Virus record (IMG/VR): IMGVR_UViG_2711768018_000019
Direction: 5' to 3' (one strand)
DNA from: a virus
Lineage: Duplodnaviria > Heunggongvirae > Uroviricota > Caudoviricetes
DNA: 51,533 nucleotides
The stretch's first letter is position 1. The number at the start of each line of letters is the position of its first letter. Both the position numbers and the translations under genes were made by a program. Below, in pieces: positions 26,701 through 37,498 of the stretch. The notes below the pieces were generated by a model. That model made no database searches. It was not told the DNA's origin and saw only the letters and a list, made by a program, of their open reading frames with translations.

Positions 26701-29700
26701 TTTGGGGATTGATGCGGCAGAGTTTAAAAATGAAATTCCCCGTATCAAAAACCTTCTGAATGGTGCAGCCAGCGATGCAGAACGGTCTTCTGCCCGTATG
26801 CAGCGTTTTATGGAGCGTCAGACTCAGGCCGCCCGGCAGACAACGCAGGCGGCTTCTTCGGCTGCAACAGCCGCATCCGTCCATGCGCAGACGGTGGAGA
26901 AGAACGCACAGGCTCATGAACGCATGTCCCGCGAGGTGGAGAAAACCCGCCAGCGCATGGAGGCACTGAGCCAGAAAATGCGCGAGGAACAGGCGCAGGC
27001 CATGGCTCTGGCGGAGGCTCAGGATAAAGCGGCTGCTGCGTTTTATCGTCAGATTGACAGTGTGAAACAGGCCAGTGCGGGGCTGCAGGAATTACAGCGT
27101 ATTCAGCAGCAGATCCGACAGGCCAGAAACAGTGGCGGGATTGGTCAGCAGGATTATCTGGCGCTGATTTCTGAGGTTACGGCGAAAACCCGTGTTCTTA
27201 CACAGGCTGAGGAAGAGGCTACCCGACAGAAAGTGGCGTTTATCCGTCAGCTTAAAGAGCAGGCAACCCGCCAGAATCTTTCATCTTCTGAGTTGCTTCG
27301 TGCTAAGGCTGCCCAGCTGGGGGTAAGCAGTGCTGCAGAAGTGTATATCCGCAAAATGGAGCAGGCAGGAAAAGCCACGCATTCGCTGGGTCTGAAAAGT
27401 GCAGCAGCCCGCCAGGAGATAGGCGTTCTGATAGGTGAACTGGCCCGCGGCAATTTAGGGGCGCTGAGGGGGTCCGGAATAACGCTGGCTAACCGTGCCG
27501 GATGGATAGACACACTGATGTCACCGAAAGGCATGATGCTGGGCGGGGTTATTGGCGGTATTGCCGCGGCTGTCTATGGTCTGGGTAAAGCCTGGTATGA
27601 CGGTCAGAAGGAGGGGGAAGAATTTAACCGCCAGTTGTCGCTGACGGGGCATTATGCCGGAGTCACTGCCGGGCAGCTGTGGACGCTCAGTCGTGCTATT
27701 TCCGGGAATGGTATTACGCAACATGCTGCAGCCGGTGCGCTGGCTCAGGTGGTGGGGAGTGGTGCATTTCGTGGAAACGATATCGGTATGGTGGCGAGAG
27801 CTGCCGCACAGATGGAGCGATCGGTTGGCCAGTCGGTCAGCGATACCATAAATCAGTTTAAGCGGCTGAAGGATGATCCTGTAAATGCCGCGAAGGCTCT
27901 GGACAATGAGCTGCATTTTCTTACTGCCACTCAGCTTGAGCAGATACGCGTCCTTGGGGAACAGGGGCGGTCCAGTGATGCGGCACGGATAGCCATGTCT
28001 GCACTGGCAGAGGAAACCGGTCGGCGTACTGCGGATATTGATAATAACCTCAATGCGCTGGGCAGTACGCTGAAGTATCTGTCTGATTTATGGAGTCGTT
28101 TCTGGGATGCGGCCATGAATATTGGTCGTGAAGACTCGCTGGATGAACAGATTTCCGCTTTACAGGAGAAAGTGTCGCGGGCGAAAAGACTCCCCTGGAC
28201 GGCATCATCTTCTCAGGTTGAGTACGATCAGCAGCGTCTTAACGAGCTTCAGGAGAAAAAACGCCAGAAGGATTTGCAGGATGCAAAAGAGCAGGCAGAG
28301 CGGAATTATCAGGAGCAACAGAAACGCCGTAATGCTGAAAATGCTGCACTGAACCGGATGAATGAAACGGAAGCAGCACGACATCAGCGTGAAATTGCGC
28401 GTATTAATTCCATGCAGTACGCCGATCAGGCTGTCAGGGATGCGGCGATACAACGTGAAAATGAACGTTACGAGAAAGCCCTGGCATCCGGTAAGAAAAA
28501 AACACGCGAACCCCGTAATGATGAGGCCACCCGGTTATTGCTGCAGTACAGTCAGCAACAGGCACAGGTGGAAGGACAGATTGCTGCTGCCAGACAGTCA
28601 GCAGGCATTGCCACGGAAAGGATGACAGAAGCGCATAAACAGCTTCTGGCTCTGCAGCAGCGCATCAGCGACCTGGACGGGAAAAAACTGACGGCAGATG
28701 AAAAGAGTGTGCTGGCCCGTAAAGATGAACTGATTCAGGCACTGACGCTGCTGGATGTAAAACAGCAGGAGCTTCAGAAACAGACGGCACTCAACGAGCT
28801 GAAGAAAAAAACAATTCAGCTGACCAGTCAACTGGCTGAAGAAGAGCGCGCTCAGCGTCAGCAACATGACCTGGATATCGCCACGGTGGGTATGGGTGAT
28901 CAGCAGCGGCAGCGATATCAGGTACAACTGAGTCTTCGCCAGAAATACCAGCAACAGCTGGAGCAGTTGAGGCGGGATAGTGAGCAGAAAGGAACATATA
29001 ACACGGATGACTACAGAAAGGCCGAGCAGGCGCTGACGGAGAGCCTGAACCGACAACTGAATGAGAATCGCCGTTACTGGCAACAGCTTGAAGTTGTGCA
29101 GGGTAACTGGAAAAACGGAGTCCTGCGTGCATTTCAGGATTTTACCGTGGATGCAGATAATACGGCAGGAACAGCAGAACAGGTGTTCTCGTCAGCCTTC
29201 AGCAACATGGGAAATGGCCTGGCAACTTTTGTCACTACCGGCAAACTCAATTTCAAATCCTTCACCTCTTCTGTGCTGTCAGATATGGCGAAAATCCTGG
29301 CGCAGGCAACCATGATGAAATCGATAAAAGGGATTGGCAGTGTACTGGGATTTGATCTCAGCAGCCTTTCCCTGAATGCCAATGGGGGGATTTATCAGTC
29401 TGCTGATTTGAGTCGTTACAGTGGCACGGTGGTTAACCGTCCGACGTTTTTTGCTTTTGCAAAAGGCGCGGGTGTGATGGGGGAAGCGGGACCTGAAGCC
29501 ATTCTGCCACTGCGTCGTGGTGCTGACGGTAAGCTGGGGGTTGTGGCGGATATTGGTGGTTCAGGTATGGCGATGTTTGCCCCGCAGTACAACATCGAGA
29601 TCAATAACGATGGCACGAACGGGCAGATAGGTCCGGCTGCCCTGAAGGTGGTTTATGACCTTGGGAAAAAAGCGGCAGCGGACTTTATGCAACAGCAGGC

Positions 29701-29737
29701 CCGTGATGGTGGTCGGTTAAGTGGAGCATATCGGTAA
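26672..29737 (+). CDS. H: Tail tape-measure protein H (copy 1, diverged from lambda)
   Basis: 1021 aa from the ATG at 26672 (RBS ggaggtg). The C-terminal region (NNDGTNGQIGPAALKVVYDLGKKAAADFMQQQARDGGRLSG) parallels the lambda gpH C-terminus. Confidence 0.85.
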   Translation: MDQIANLVIDLGIDAAEFKNEIPRIKNLLNGAASDAERSSARMQRFMERQTQAARQTTQAASSAATAASVHAQTVEKNAQAHERMSREVEKTRQRMEALSQKMREEQAQAMALAEAQDKAAAAFYRQIDSVKQASAGLQELQRIQQQIRQARNSGGIGQQDYLALISEVTAKTRVLTQAEEEATRQKVAFIRQLKEQATRQNLSSSELLRAKAAQLGVSSAAEVYIRKMEQAGKATHSLGLKSAAARQEIGVLIGELARGNLGALRGSGITLANRAGWIDTLMSPKGMMLGGVIGGIAAAVYGLGKAWYDGQKEGEEFNRQLSLTGHYAGVTAGQLWTLSRAISGNGITQHAAAGALAQVVGSGAFRGNDIGMVARAAAQMERSVGQSVSDTINQFKRLKDDPVNAAKALDNELHFLTATQLEQIRVLGEQGRSSDAARIAMSALAEETGRRTADIDNNLNALGSTLKYLSDLWSRFWDAAMNIGREDSLDEQISALQEKVSRAKRLPWTASSSQVEYDQQRLNELQEKKRQKDLQDAKEQAERNYQEQQKRRNAENAALNRMNETEAARHQREIARINSMQYADQAVRDAAIQRENERYEKALASGKKKTREPRNDEATRLLLQYSQQQAQVEGQIAAARQSAGIATERMTEAHKQLLALQQRISDLDGKKLTADEKSVLARKDELIQALTLLDVKQQELQKQTALNELKKKTIQLTSQLAEEERAQRQQHDLDIATVGMGDQQRQRYQVQLSLRQKYQQQLEQLRRDSEQKGTYNTDDYRKAEQALTESLNRQLNENRRYWQQLEVVQGNWKNGVLRAFQDFTVDADNTAGTAEQVFSSAFSNMGNGLATFVTTGKLNFKSFTSSVLSDMAKILAQATMMKSIKGIGSVLGFDLSSLSLNANGGIYQSADLSRYSGTVVNRPTFFAFAKGAGVMGEAGPEAILPLRRGADGKLGVVADIGGSGMAMFAPQYNIEINNDGTNGQIGPAALKVVYDLGKKAAADFMQQQARDGGRLSGAYR

Positions 29738-30066
29738 TGGAGACGTTTCACTGGAAAGTGCGCCCGGATATGAATGTGGTATCAGAGCCGAAAGTGGTGA
29801 CAGTGAAGCTGGGCGATGGTTATGAACAGCGTCGTGCGGCGGGACTGAATAACCAGTTGTCGACTTACAGCGTGACGATACGTGTTCGTAAATGTGAACA
29901 CCCATCTTTAAAAGCCTTTCTGGAACGGCACGGTGGCGTCCGCGCATTTCAGTGGACGCCACCTTATGACTGGAAGCCGATCAGGGTGGTTTGTCGTAAA
30001 TGGTCGGCAAGCGTGGGGGCGTTGTGGGTAACCATAACGGCAGATTTTGAACAGGTCGTGGCATAG
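29737..30066 (+). CDS. M: Minor tail protein M (copy 1)
   Basis: 109 aa, colinear with lambda gpM (…GDGYEQRRAAGLN…TYSVT…WTPPYDWKPIRVVCRKWS…FEQVVA). Confidence 0.9.
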   Translation: METFHWKVRPDMNVVSEPKVVTVKLGDGYEQRRAAGLNNQLSTYSVTIRVRKCEHPSLKAFLERHGGVRAFQWTPPYDWKPIRVVCRKWSASVGALWVTITADFEQVVA

Positions 30067-30075
30067 GAGTCTCTG

Positions 30076-30774
30076 ATGCAGGATATTCCACAGGAAACAC
30101 ATCATGAGACGACACGCCTCACTCAGTCAGCCCAGGTGGTGCTCTGGGAAATCGATCTGACAGAGGTCGGTGGAGAACGTTATTTTTTCTGTAATGAGCA
30201 GAACGAAAAAGGTGAGCCGGTCACCTGGCAGGGGCGACAGTATCAGGCGTATCCCATTCAGGGGACGGGATTTGAACTGAACGGCAAGGGCAGTGCTGCC
30301 CGTCCGACACTGACGGTTTCTAACCTGCACGGCATGGTCACCGGGATGGCGGAAGATCTGCAGAGTCTGGTCGGCGGAACGGTGGTCCGGCGTAAGGTTT
30401 ACGCCCGTTTTCTGGATGCGGTGAACTTCGTCAACGGAAACAGTGACGCCGATCCGGAGCAGGAGGTGATCAGCCGCTGGCGCATCGAGCAGTGCAGCGA
30501 ACTGAGCGCGGTGAGTGCCTCCTTTGTACTGTCCACGCCGACGGAAACGGATGGCGCTGTTTTTCCGGGGCGCATCATGCTGGCCAACACCTGCACCTGG
30601 ACCTATCGCGGCGATGAGTGCGGTTATCACGGTCCGGCGGTCGCGGATGAATATGATCAGCCGACGTCCGATATCACGAAGGATAAATGCAGCAAATGCC
30701 TGAGCGGCTGTAAGTTTCGCAATAACGTCGGCAACTTTGGCGGCTTCCTTTCCATTAACAAACTTTCGCAGTAA
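30076..30774 (+). CDS. L: Minor tail protein L (copy 1)
   Basis: 232 aa, near-identical to lambda gpL (VVLWEIDLTEVGGERYFFCNEQNEKGEPVTWQGRQYQ…). Confidence 0.9.
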   Translation: MQDIPQETHHETTRLTQSAQVVLWEIDLTEVGGERYFFCNEQNEKGEPVTWQGRQYQAYPIQGTGFELNGKGSAARPTLTVSNLHGMVTGMAEDLQSLVGGTVVRRKVYARFLDAVNFVNGNSDADPEQEVISRWRIEQCSELSAVSASFVLSTPTETDGAVFPGRIMLANTCTWTYRGDECGYHGPAVADEYDQPTSDITKDKCSKCLSGCKFRNNVGNFGGFLSINKLSQ

Positions 30775-30779
30775 ATCCC

Positions 30780-31523
30780 ATGACAGAGACAGAATCAGCG
30801 ATTCTGGCGCACGCCCGGCGATGTGCGCCAGCGGAGTCGTGCGGCTTCGTGGTGAGAACACCGGAGGGGGAAAGATATTTTCCCTGCGTGAATATCTCCG
30901 GTGAGCCGGAGGAGTATTTCCGGATGTCGCCGGAGGACTGGCTGCGGGCAGAGATGCAGGGTGAGATTGTGGCGCTGGTCCACAGCCACCCCGGTGGTCT
31001 GCCCTGGCTGAGTGAGGCCGACCGGCGGCTGCAGGTGCAGAGTGATTTGCCGTGGTGGCTGGTCTGCCGGGGGGCGATTCACAAGTTCCGCTGTGTGCCA
31101 CATCTTACCGGGCGGCGCTTTGAGCACGGGGTGACGGACTGTTACACGCTGTTCCGGGATGCTTACCATCTGGCGGGGATTGAGATGCCGGATTTTCATC
31201 GCGGGGATGACTGGTGGCGTCACGGTCAGAATCTCTATCTGGATAATCTGGAGGCTACAGGGCTGTATCAGGTGCCGTTGTCAGCGGCGCAGCCGGGCGA
31301 TGTGCTGCTGTGCTGTTTTGGTTCATCGGTGCCGAATCATGCCGCCATTTACTGTGGTGACGGCGAGCTGCTGCACCATATTCCTGAACAACTGAGCAAA
31401 CGAGAGAGGTATACCGACAAATGGCAGCGACGCACACACTCCCTCTGGCGTCACCGGGCATGGCACGCATCTGCCTTTACGGGGATTTACAACGATTTGG
31501 CCGCCGCATCGACCTTCGAGTGA
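30780..31523 (+). CDS. K: Tail tip assembly protein K (copy 1)
   Basis: MTETESAILAHARRCAPAESCGFVV ... HSHPGG (JAB/MPN-like) ... NlpC/P60-like C-terminus, as in lambda gpK. Confidence 0.9.
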   Translation: MTETESAILAHARRCAPAESCGFVVRTPEGERYFPCVNISGEPEEYFRMSPEDWLRAEMQGEIVALVHSHPGGLPWLSEADRRLQVQSDLPWWLVCRGAIHKFRCVPHLTGRRFEHGVTDCYTLFRDAYHLAGIEMPDFHRGDDWWRHGQNLYLDNLEATGLYQVPLSAAQPGDVLLCCFGSSVPNHAAIYCGDGELLHHIPEQLSKRERYTDKWQRRTHSLWRHRAWHASAFTGIYNDLAAASTFE

Positions 31524-32068
31524 AAACGGGGTCCGAAGCCATCCGGGCGCTGGCCATGCAGATCCCGGCGTTTCGTCAGAAACTGAATGAGGGCTGGTAT
31601 CAGGTGCGCATTGCCGGGCGTGATGCAGGCGAAAATGAATTATCTGCCCGTCTTAATGAGCCGCTGGCAAATGGTGCCGTGATCCACATCGTGCCGCGTC
31701 TGGCGGGAGCTAAAAGTGGCGGTGTGTTTCAGGTGGTGCTTGGGGCGGCGCTGATTGCGGTGGCATGGTGGAACCCTGTGGGCTGGCTGGGGGCCGCGGC
31801 TGTATCGGGCATGTATGCGGCAGGGGCCAGTATGATCCTGGGCGGAGTGGCGCAGATGCTGGCACCGAAAGCCAGGACGCCCACGGCAGCCAGTACAGAT
31901 AACGGCAAACAGAACACCTATTTCTCCTCACTGGATAACATGGTTGCCCAGGGCAATGTTCTGCCTGTTCTGTACGGTGAAATGCGCGTGGGGTCACGTG
32001 TGGTTTCTCAGGAGATCAGCACGGCAGACGAAGGGGATGGTGGTCAGGTTGTGGTGATTGGTCGCTGA
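31421..32068 (+). CDS. I: Tail assembly protein I (copy 1)
   Basis: MAATHTLPLASPGMARICLYGDLQRFGRRIDLRVKTG ... matches lambda gpI; overlaps the 3' end of K. Confidence 0.85.
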   Translation: MAATHTLPLASPGMARICLYGDLQRFGRRIDLRVKTGSEAIRALAMQIPAFRQKLNEGWYQVRIAGRDAGENELSARLNEPLANGAVIHIVPRLAGAKSGGVFQVVLGAALIAVAWWNPVGWLGAAAVSGMYAAGASMILGGVAQMLAPKARTPTAASTDNGKQNTYFSSLDNMVAQGNVLPVLYGEMRVGSRVVSQEISTADEGDGGQVVVIGR

Positions 32069-32128
32069 TGCAAAATGTTTTATGTGAAACCGCCTCCGGG
32101 CGGTTTTGTCGTTTATGGAGCGTGAGGA

Positions 32129-34124
32129 ATGGGTAAAGGCAGCAGTAAGGGGCATACCCCGCGCGAAGCAAAGGACAACCTGAAGTCCACGCAGTTGCTG
32201 AGTGTGATCGATACCATCAGCGAAGGGCCGGTTGAAGGTCCGGTGGATGGATTAAAAAGCGTGCTGCTGAACAGTACACCGGTGCTGGACAGTGAGGGGA
32301 ATACCAACATCTCTGGTGTCACGGTGGTGTTCCGGGCAGGTGAGCAGGAACAGACACCGCCGGAGGGATTTGAATCATCAGGTTCCGAGACGGTACTGGG
32401 TACGGAAGTGAAATACGACACGCCGATCACCCGGACCATCACGTCGGCAAACATTGACCGACTGCGTTTTACCTTCGGTGTACAGGCACTGGTGGAAACC
32501 ACCTCAAAGGGAGACAGGAATCCGTCTGAAGTTCGCCTGCTGGTTCAGATACAGCGTAACGGTGGCTGGGTGACGGAAAAAGACATCACCATTAAGGGCA
32601 AAACCACCTCGCAGTATCTGGCCTCGGTGGTGGTGGGTAACCTGCCGCCGCGCCCGTTCAATATACGGATGCGCAGGATGACGCCGGACAGCACCACAGA
32701 CCAGCTGCAGAACAAAACGCTCTGGTCGTCATACACCGAAATCATCGATGTGAAACAGTGCTACCCGAACACGGCACTGGTCGGCGTGCAGGTGGATTCG
32801 GAGCAGTTCGGCAGCCAGCAGGTGAGCCGTAATTATCATCTGCGCGGGCGCATTCTGCAGGTGCCGTCGAGCTATAACCCGCAGACGCGGCAATACAGCG
32901 GTATCTGGGACGGAACGTTTAAGCCAGCATACAGCAACAACATGGCCTGGTGTCTGTGGGATATGCTGACCCATCCGCGCTACGGCATGGGGAAACGTCT
33001 TGGTGCGGCGGATGTGGACAAATGGGCGCTGTATGTCATCGGCCAGCATTGCGATCAGTCGGTGCCGGACGGTTTTGGCGGCACGGAGCCGCGCATCACC
33101 TGTAATGCGTACCTGACCACACAGCGCAAGGCGTGGGATGTGCTCAGTGATTTCTGCTCGGCGATGCGCTGTATGCCGGTATGGAACGGGCAGACGCTGA
33201 CGTTCGTGCAGGACCGACCGTCGGATAAGGTGTGGACCTATAACCGCAGTAATGTGGTGATGCCGGATGATGGTGCGCCGTTCCGCTACAGCTTCAGCGC
33301 CCTGAAGGACCGCCATAATGCCGTTGAGGTGAACTGGATTGACCCGAATAACGGCTGGGAGACGGCGACAGAGCTTGTGGAGGACACGCAGGCCATTGCC
33401 CGTTACGGTCGTAACGTCACGAAGATGGATGCTTTTGGCTGTACCAGCCGGGGGCAGGCACACCGCGCCGGGCTGTGGCTGATTAAAACAGAACTGCTGG
33501 AAACGCAGACCGTGGACTTCAGCGTGGGTGCCGAAGGGCTTCGCCATGTACCGGGCGATGTCATTGAAATCTGCGATGATGACTATGCCGGTATCCGCAC
33601 CGGCGGGCGCGTGCTGGCGGTAAACAGCCAGACCCGGACGCTGACGCTCGACCGTGAAATCACGCTGCCATCTTCCGGCACCACGCTGATAAGCCTGGTT
33701 GACGGGCAGGGGAGTCCGGTCAGCGTGGAGGTTCAGTCCGTCACCGACGGCGTGAAGGTGAAAGTGAGCCGTGTTCCTGACGGCGTTGCTGAATACAGCG
33801 TATGGGGGCTGAAGCTGCCGACGCTGCGCCAGCGCCTGTTCCGCTGCGTGAGTATCCGTGAGAACGACGACGGCACGTATGCCATCACTGCCGTGCAGCA
33901 TGTACCGGAAAAAGAGGCCATCGTGGATAACGGGGCGCACTTTGACGGCGACCAGAGCGGCACGGTAAATGGTGTCACGCCGCCAGCGGTGCAGCACCTG
34001 ACCGCAGAAGTCACCGCAGACAGCGGGGAATACCAGGTGCTGGCCCGCTGGGACACGCCGAAGGTGGTGAAGGGCGTGAGCTTCCTGCTTCGCCTGACCG
34101 TGGCAGCGGATGACGGCCGTGAGC
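32129..34124 (+). CDS. J: Tail tip/host-specificity protein J (copy 1), 3' end lost in an assembly gap
   Basis: MGKGSSKGHTPREAKDNLKSTQLLSVIDTISEGPVEGPVDGLKSVLLNSTPVLDSEGNTNISGV ... matches lambda gpJ; the coding sequence runs into the N-run at 34125. Confidence 0.85.
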
Positions 34125-34374
34125 NNNNNNNNNNNNNNNNNNNNNNNNNNNNNNNNNNNNNNNNNNNNNNNNNNNNNNNNNNNNNNNNNNNNNNNNNNNN
34201 NNNNNNNNNNNNNNNNNNNNNNNNNNNNNNNNNNNNNNNNNNNNNNNNNNNNNNNNNNNNNNNNNNNNNNNNNNNNNNNNNNNNNNNNNNNNNNNNNNNN
34301 NNNNNNNNNNNNNNNNNNNNNNNNNNNNNNNNNNNNNNNNNNNNNNNNNNNNNNNNNNNNNNNNNNNNNNNNNN
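34125..34374. other. Assembly gap (250 N)
   Basis: Run of n characters in the sequence. Confidence 1.
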
Positions 34375-34375
34375 G

Positions 34376-35209
34376 AGCGATACCGAAGCGTCACGGCTGA
34401 AATATACCGAAGAGGCGCAGAAGGCTTACGAACGGCTGCAGACGCCGCTGGAGAAATATACCGCCCGTCAGGAAGAACTGAACAAGGCACTGAAAGACGG
34501 GAAAATCCTGCAGGCGGATTACAACACGCTGATGGCGGCGGCGAAAAAGGATTATGAAGCGACGCTGAAAAAGCCGAAACAGTCCGGCGTGAAGGTGTCT
34601 GCGGGCGATCGTCAGGAAGACAGTGCTCATGCTGCCCTGCTGACGCTTCAGGCAGAACTCCGGACGCTGGAGAAGCATGCCGGAGCGAATGAGAAAATCA
34701 GCCAGCAGCGCCGGGATTTGTGGAAGGCAGAAAGTCAGTTCGCGGTACTGGAGGAGGCGGCACAACGTCGCCAGCTGTCCGCACAGGAGAAATCCCTGCT
34801 GGCGCATAAAGACGAGACGCTGGAGTACAAACGCCAGCTGGCTGCACTTGGTGACAAGGTTACGTATCAGGAGCACCTGAATGCGCTGGCGCAGCAGGCG
34901 GATAAATTCGCACAGCAGCAACGGGCAAAACGGGCAGCCATTGATGCGAAAAACCGGGGGCTGACTGACCGGCAGGCAGCGCGGGAAGCCACGGAACAGC
35001 GTCTGAAGGAACAGTATGGCGATAATCCGCTGGCGCTGAATAACGTCATGTCAGAGCAGAAAAAGACCTGGGCGGCTGAAGACCAGCTTCGCGGGAGCTG
35101 GATGGCAGGCCTGAAGTCCGGCTGGAGTGAGTGGGAAGAGAGCGCCACGGACAGTATGTCACAGGTTAAAAGTGCAGCCACGCAGACCTTTGATGGTATT
35201 GCACAGAAT
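34376..35209 (+). CDS. H: Tape-measure protein H, internal fragment of a second lambda-like copy, bounded by gaps
   Basis: SDTEASRLKYTEEAQKAYERLQTPLEKYTARQEELNKALKDGKILQADYNTLMAAAKKDYE ... matches the middle of lambda gpH, sitting between two N-runs. Confidence 0.8.
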
Positions 35210-35514
35210 NNNNNNNNNNNNNNNNNNNNNNNNNNNNNNNNNNNNNNNNNNNNNNNNNNNNNNNNNNNNNNNNNNNNNNNNNNNNNNNNNNNNNNNNNNN
35301 NNNNNNNNNNNNNNNNNNNNNNNNNNNNNNNNNNNNNNNNNNNNNNNNNNNNNNNNNNNNNNNNNNNNNNNNNNNNNNNNNNNNNNNNNNNNNNNNNNNN
35401 NNNNNNNNNNNNNNNNNNNNNNNNNNNNNNNNNNNNNNNNNNNNNNNNNNNNNNNNNNNNNNNNNNNNNNNNNNNNNNNNNNNNNNNNNNNNNNNNNNNN
35501 NNNNNNNNNNNNNN
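35210..35514. other. Assembly gap (305 N)
   Basis: Run of n characters. Confidence 1.
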
Positions 35515-35811
35515 TTTGTCTTCACGAAGGAGGCAACCAGCCGGATTGGCGTGGGGAATCTCTACCGGCTGATGCGCGGCTATGCGGAAGGTGGTTATGT
35601 GGGCGGTGCCGGAAGTCCGGCGCAGATGCGGCGGGCTGAAGGCATTAATTTTAATCAGAACAATCACGTGGTGATTCAGAACGACGGTACGAATGGTCTG
35701 CCAGGTCCACAGATGATGAAGGCCGTGTATGACATGGCCCGCAAGGGTGCCCGTGATGAAATTCAGACACAGATGCGTGATGGTGGCCTGTTCTCCGGAG
35801 GTGGACGATGA
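35515..35811 (+). CDS. H: Tape-measure protein H, C-terminal fragment (copy 2)
   Basis: FVFTKEATSRIGVGNLYRLMRGYAEGGYVG ... IQTQMRDGGLFSGGGR matches the lambda gpH C-terminus; stop overlaps the ATG of M'. Confidence 0.8.
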   Translation, partial: FVFTKEATSRIGVGNLYRLMRGYAEGGYVGGAGSPAQMRRAEGINFNQNNHVVIQNDGTNGLPGPQMMKAVYDMARKGARDEIQTQMRDGGLFSGGGR

Positions 35812-36137
35812 AAACCTTCCGCTGGAAAGTGAAACCCGGTATGGATGTGGCTTCGGCCCCTTCTGTAAGAAAGGTGCGCTTTGGTGATGGCTATTCCCAG
35901 CGAGCGCCTGCCGGGCTGAATGCCAACCTGAAAACGTACAGCGTGACGCTTTCTGTCCCCCGTGAGGAGGCCATGGTACTGGAGTCGTTTCTGGAAGAGC
36001 ACGGGGGCTGGAAAGCCTTTCTGTGGACGCCGCCTTATGAGTGGCGGCAGATAAAGGTGACCTGCGCAAAATGGTCGTCGCGGGTCAGTATGCTGCGTGT
36101 TGAGTTCAGCGCAGAGTTTGAACAGGTGGTGAACTGA
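35808..36137 (+). CDS. M: Minor tail protein M (copy 2, lambda-type)
   Basis: MKTFRWKVKPGMDVAS ... FEQVVN; closer to lambda gpM than copy 1 is. Confidence 0.9.
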   Translation: MKTFRWKVKPGMDVASAPSVRKVRFGDGYSQRAPAGLNANLKTYSVTLSVPREEAMVLESFLEEHGGWKAFLWTPPYEWRQIKVTCAKWSSRVSMLRVEFSAEFEQVVN

Positions 36138-36835
36138 TGCAGGATATCCGGCAGGAAACACTGAATGAATGCACCCGTGCGGAGCAGTCGGCCAGCGTGG
36201 TGCTCTGGGAAATCGATCTGACAGAGGTCGGTGGAGAACGTTATTTTTTCTGTAATGAGCAGAACGAAAAAGGTGAGCCGGTCACCTGGCAGGGGCGACA
36301 GTATCAGCCGTATCCCATTCAGGGGAGTGGTTTTGAACTGAATGGCAAAGGCACCAGTACGCGCCCCACGCTGACGGTTTCTAACCTGTACGGTATGGTC
36401 ACCGGGATGGCGGAAGATATGCAGAGTCTGGTCGGCGGAACGGTGGTCCGGCGTAAGGTTTACGCCCGTTTTCTGGATGCGGTGAACTTCGTCAACGGAA
36501 ACAGTGACGCCGATCCGGAGCAGGAGGTGATCAGCCGCTGGCGCATTGAGCAGTGCAGCGAACTGAGCGCGGTGAGTGCCTCTTTTGTACTGTCCACGCC
36601 GACGGAAACAGATGGCGCTGTTTTTCCGGGACGTATCATGCTGGCCAACACCTGCACCTGGACCTATCGCGGCGATGAGTGCGGTTATCACGGTCCGGCG
36701 GTCGCGGATGAATATGACCAGCCAACGTCCGACATCACGAAGGATAAATGCAGCAAATGCCTGAGTGGCTGTAAGTTTCGCAATAACGTCGGCAACTTTG
36801 GCGGCTTCCTTTCCATTAACAAACTTTCGCAGTAA
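36137..36835 (+). CDS. L: Minor tail protein L (copy 2)
   Basis: Near-identical to copy 1 and to lambda gpL. Confidence 0.9.
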   Translation: MQDIRQETLNECTRAEQSASVVLWEIDLTEVGGERYFFCNEQNEKGEPVTWQGRQYQPYPIQGSGFELNGKGTSTRPTLTVSNLYGMVTGMAEDMQSLVGGTVVRRKVYARFLDAVNFVNGNSDADPEQEVISRWRIEQCSELSAVSASFVLSTPTETDGAVFPGRIMLANTCTWTYRGDECGYHGPAVADEYDQPTSDITKDKCSKCLSGCKFRNNVGNFGGFLSINKLSQ

Positions 36836-36840
36836 ATCCC

Positions 36841-37261
36841 ATGACAGAGACAGAATCAGCGATTCTGGCGCACGCCCGGCGATGTGCTCCAGCGGAGTCG
36901 TGCGGCTTCGTGGTAAGAACGCCGGAGGGGGAAAGATATTTCCCCTGCGTGAATATCTCCGGTGAGCCGGAGGCGTATTTCCGTATGTCGCCGGAAGACT
37001 GGCTGCAGGCAGAGATGCAGGGTGAGATTGTGGCACTGGTCCACAGCCACCCCGGTGGTCTGCCCTGGCTGAGTGAGGCCGACCGGCGGCTGCAGGTGCA
37101 GAGTGATTTGCCGTGGTGGCTGGTCTGCCGGGGGGCGATTCACAAGTTCCGCTGTGTGCCACATCTTACCGGGCGGCGCTTTGAGCACGGGGTGACGGAC
37201 TGTTACACGCTGTTCCGGGATGCTTACCATCTGGCGGGGATTGAGATGCCGGATTTTCATC
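36841..37261 (+). CDS. K: Tail protein K (copy 2), N-terminal part, truncated by a gap
   Basis: Identical in organisation to copy-1 K up to ...GIEMPDFH, then the N-run. Confidence 0.8.
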
Positions 37262-37498
37262 NNNNNNNNNNNNNNNNNNNNNNNNNNNNNNNNNNNNNNN
37301 NNNNNNNNNNNNNNNNNNNNNNNNNNNNNNNNNNNNNNNNNNNNNNNNNNNNNNNNNNNNNNNNNNNNNNNNNNNNNNNNNNNNNNNNNNNNNNNNNNNN
37401 NNNNNNNNNNNNNNNNNNNNNNNNNNNNNNNNNNNNNNNNNNNNNNNNNNNNNNNNNNNNNNNNNNNNNNNNNNNNNNNNNNNNNNNNNNNNNNNNNN
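37262..37498. other. Assembly gap (237 N), flanked by near-identical 114-bp segments
   Basis: Sequence 37148-37261 and 37499-37612 are the same K-gene segment with about 6 substitutions, i.e. overlapping contig ends from non-identical alleles. Confidence 1.

Noticed and set aside
30127-37162. Large minus-strand ORFs antisense to tail genes (30127-31101, 32729-33997, 34867-36069, 36035-37162, 39023-40141)
   Set aside because: These are shadow ORFs opposite strongly conserved lambda tail genes with high GC3. Several run through N-gaps (X residues). None has independent signals.
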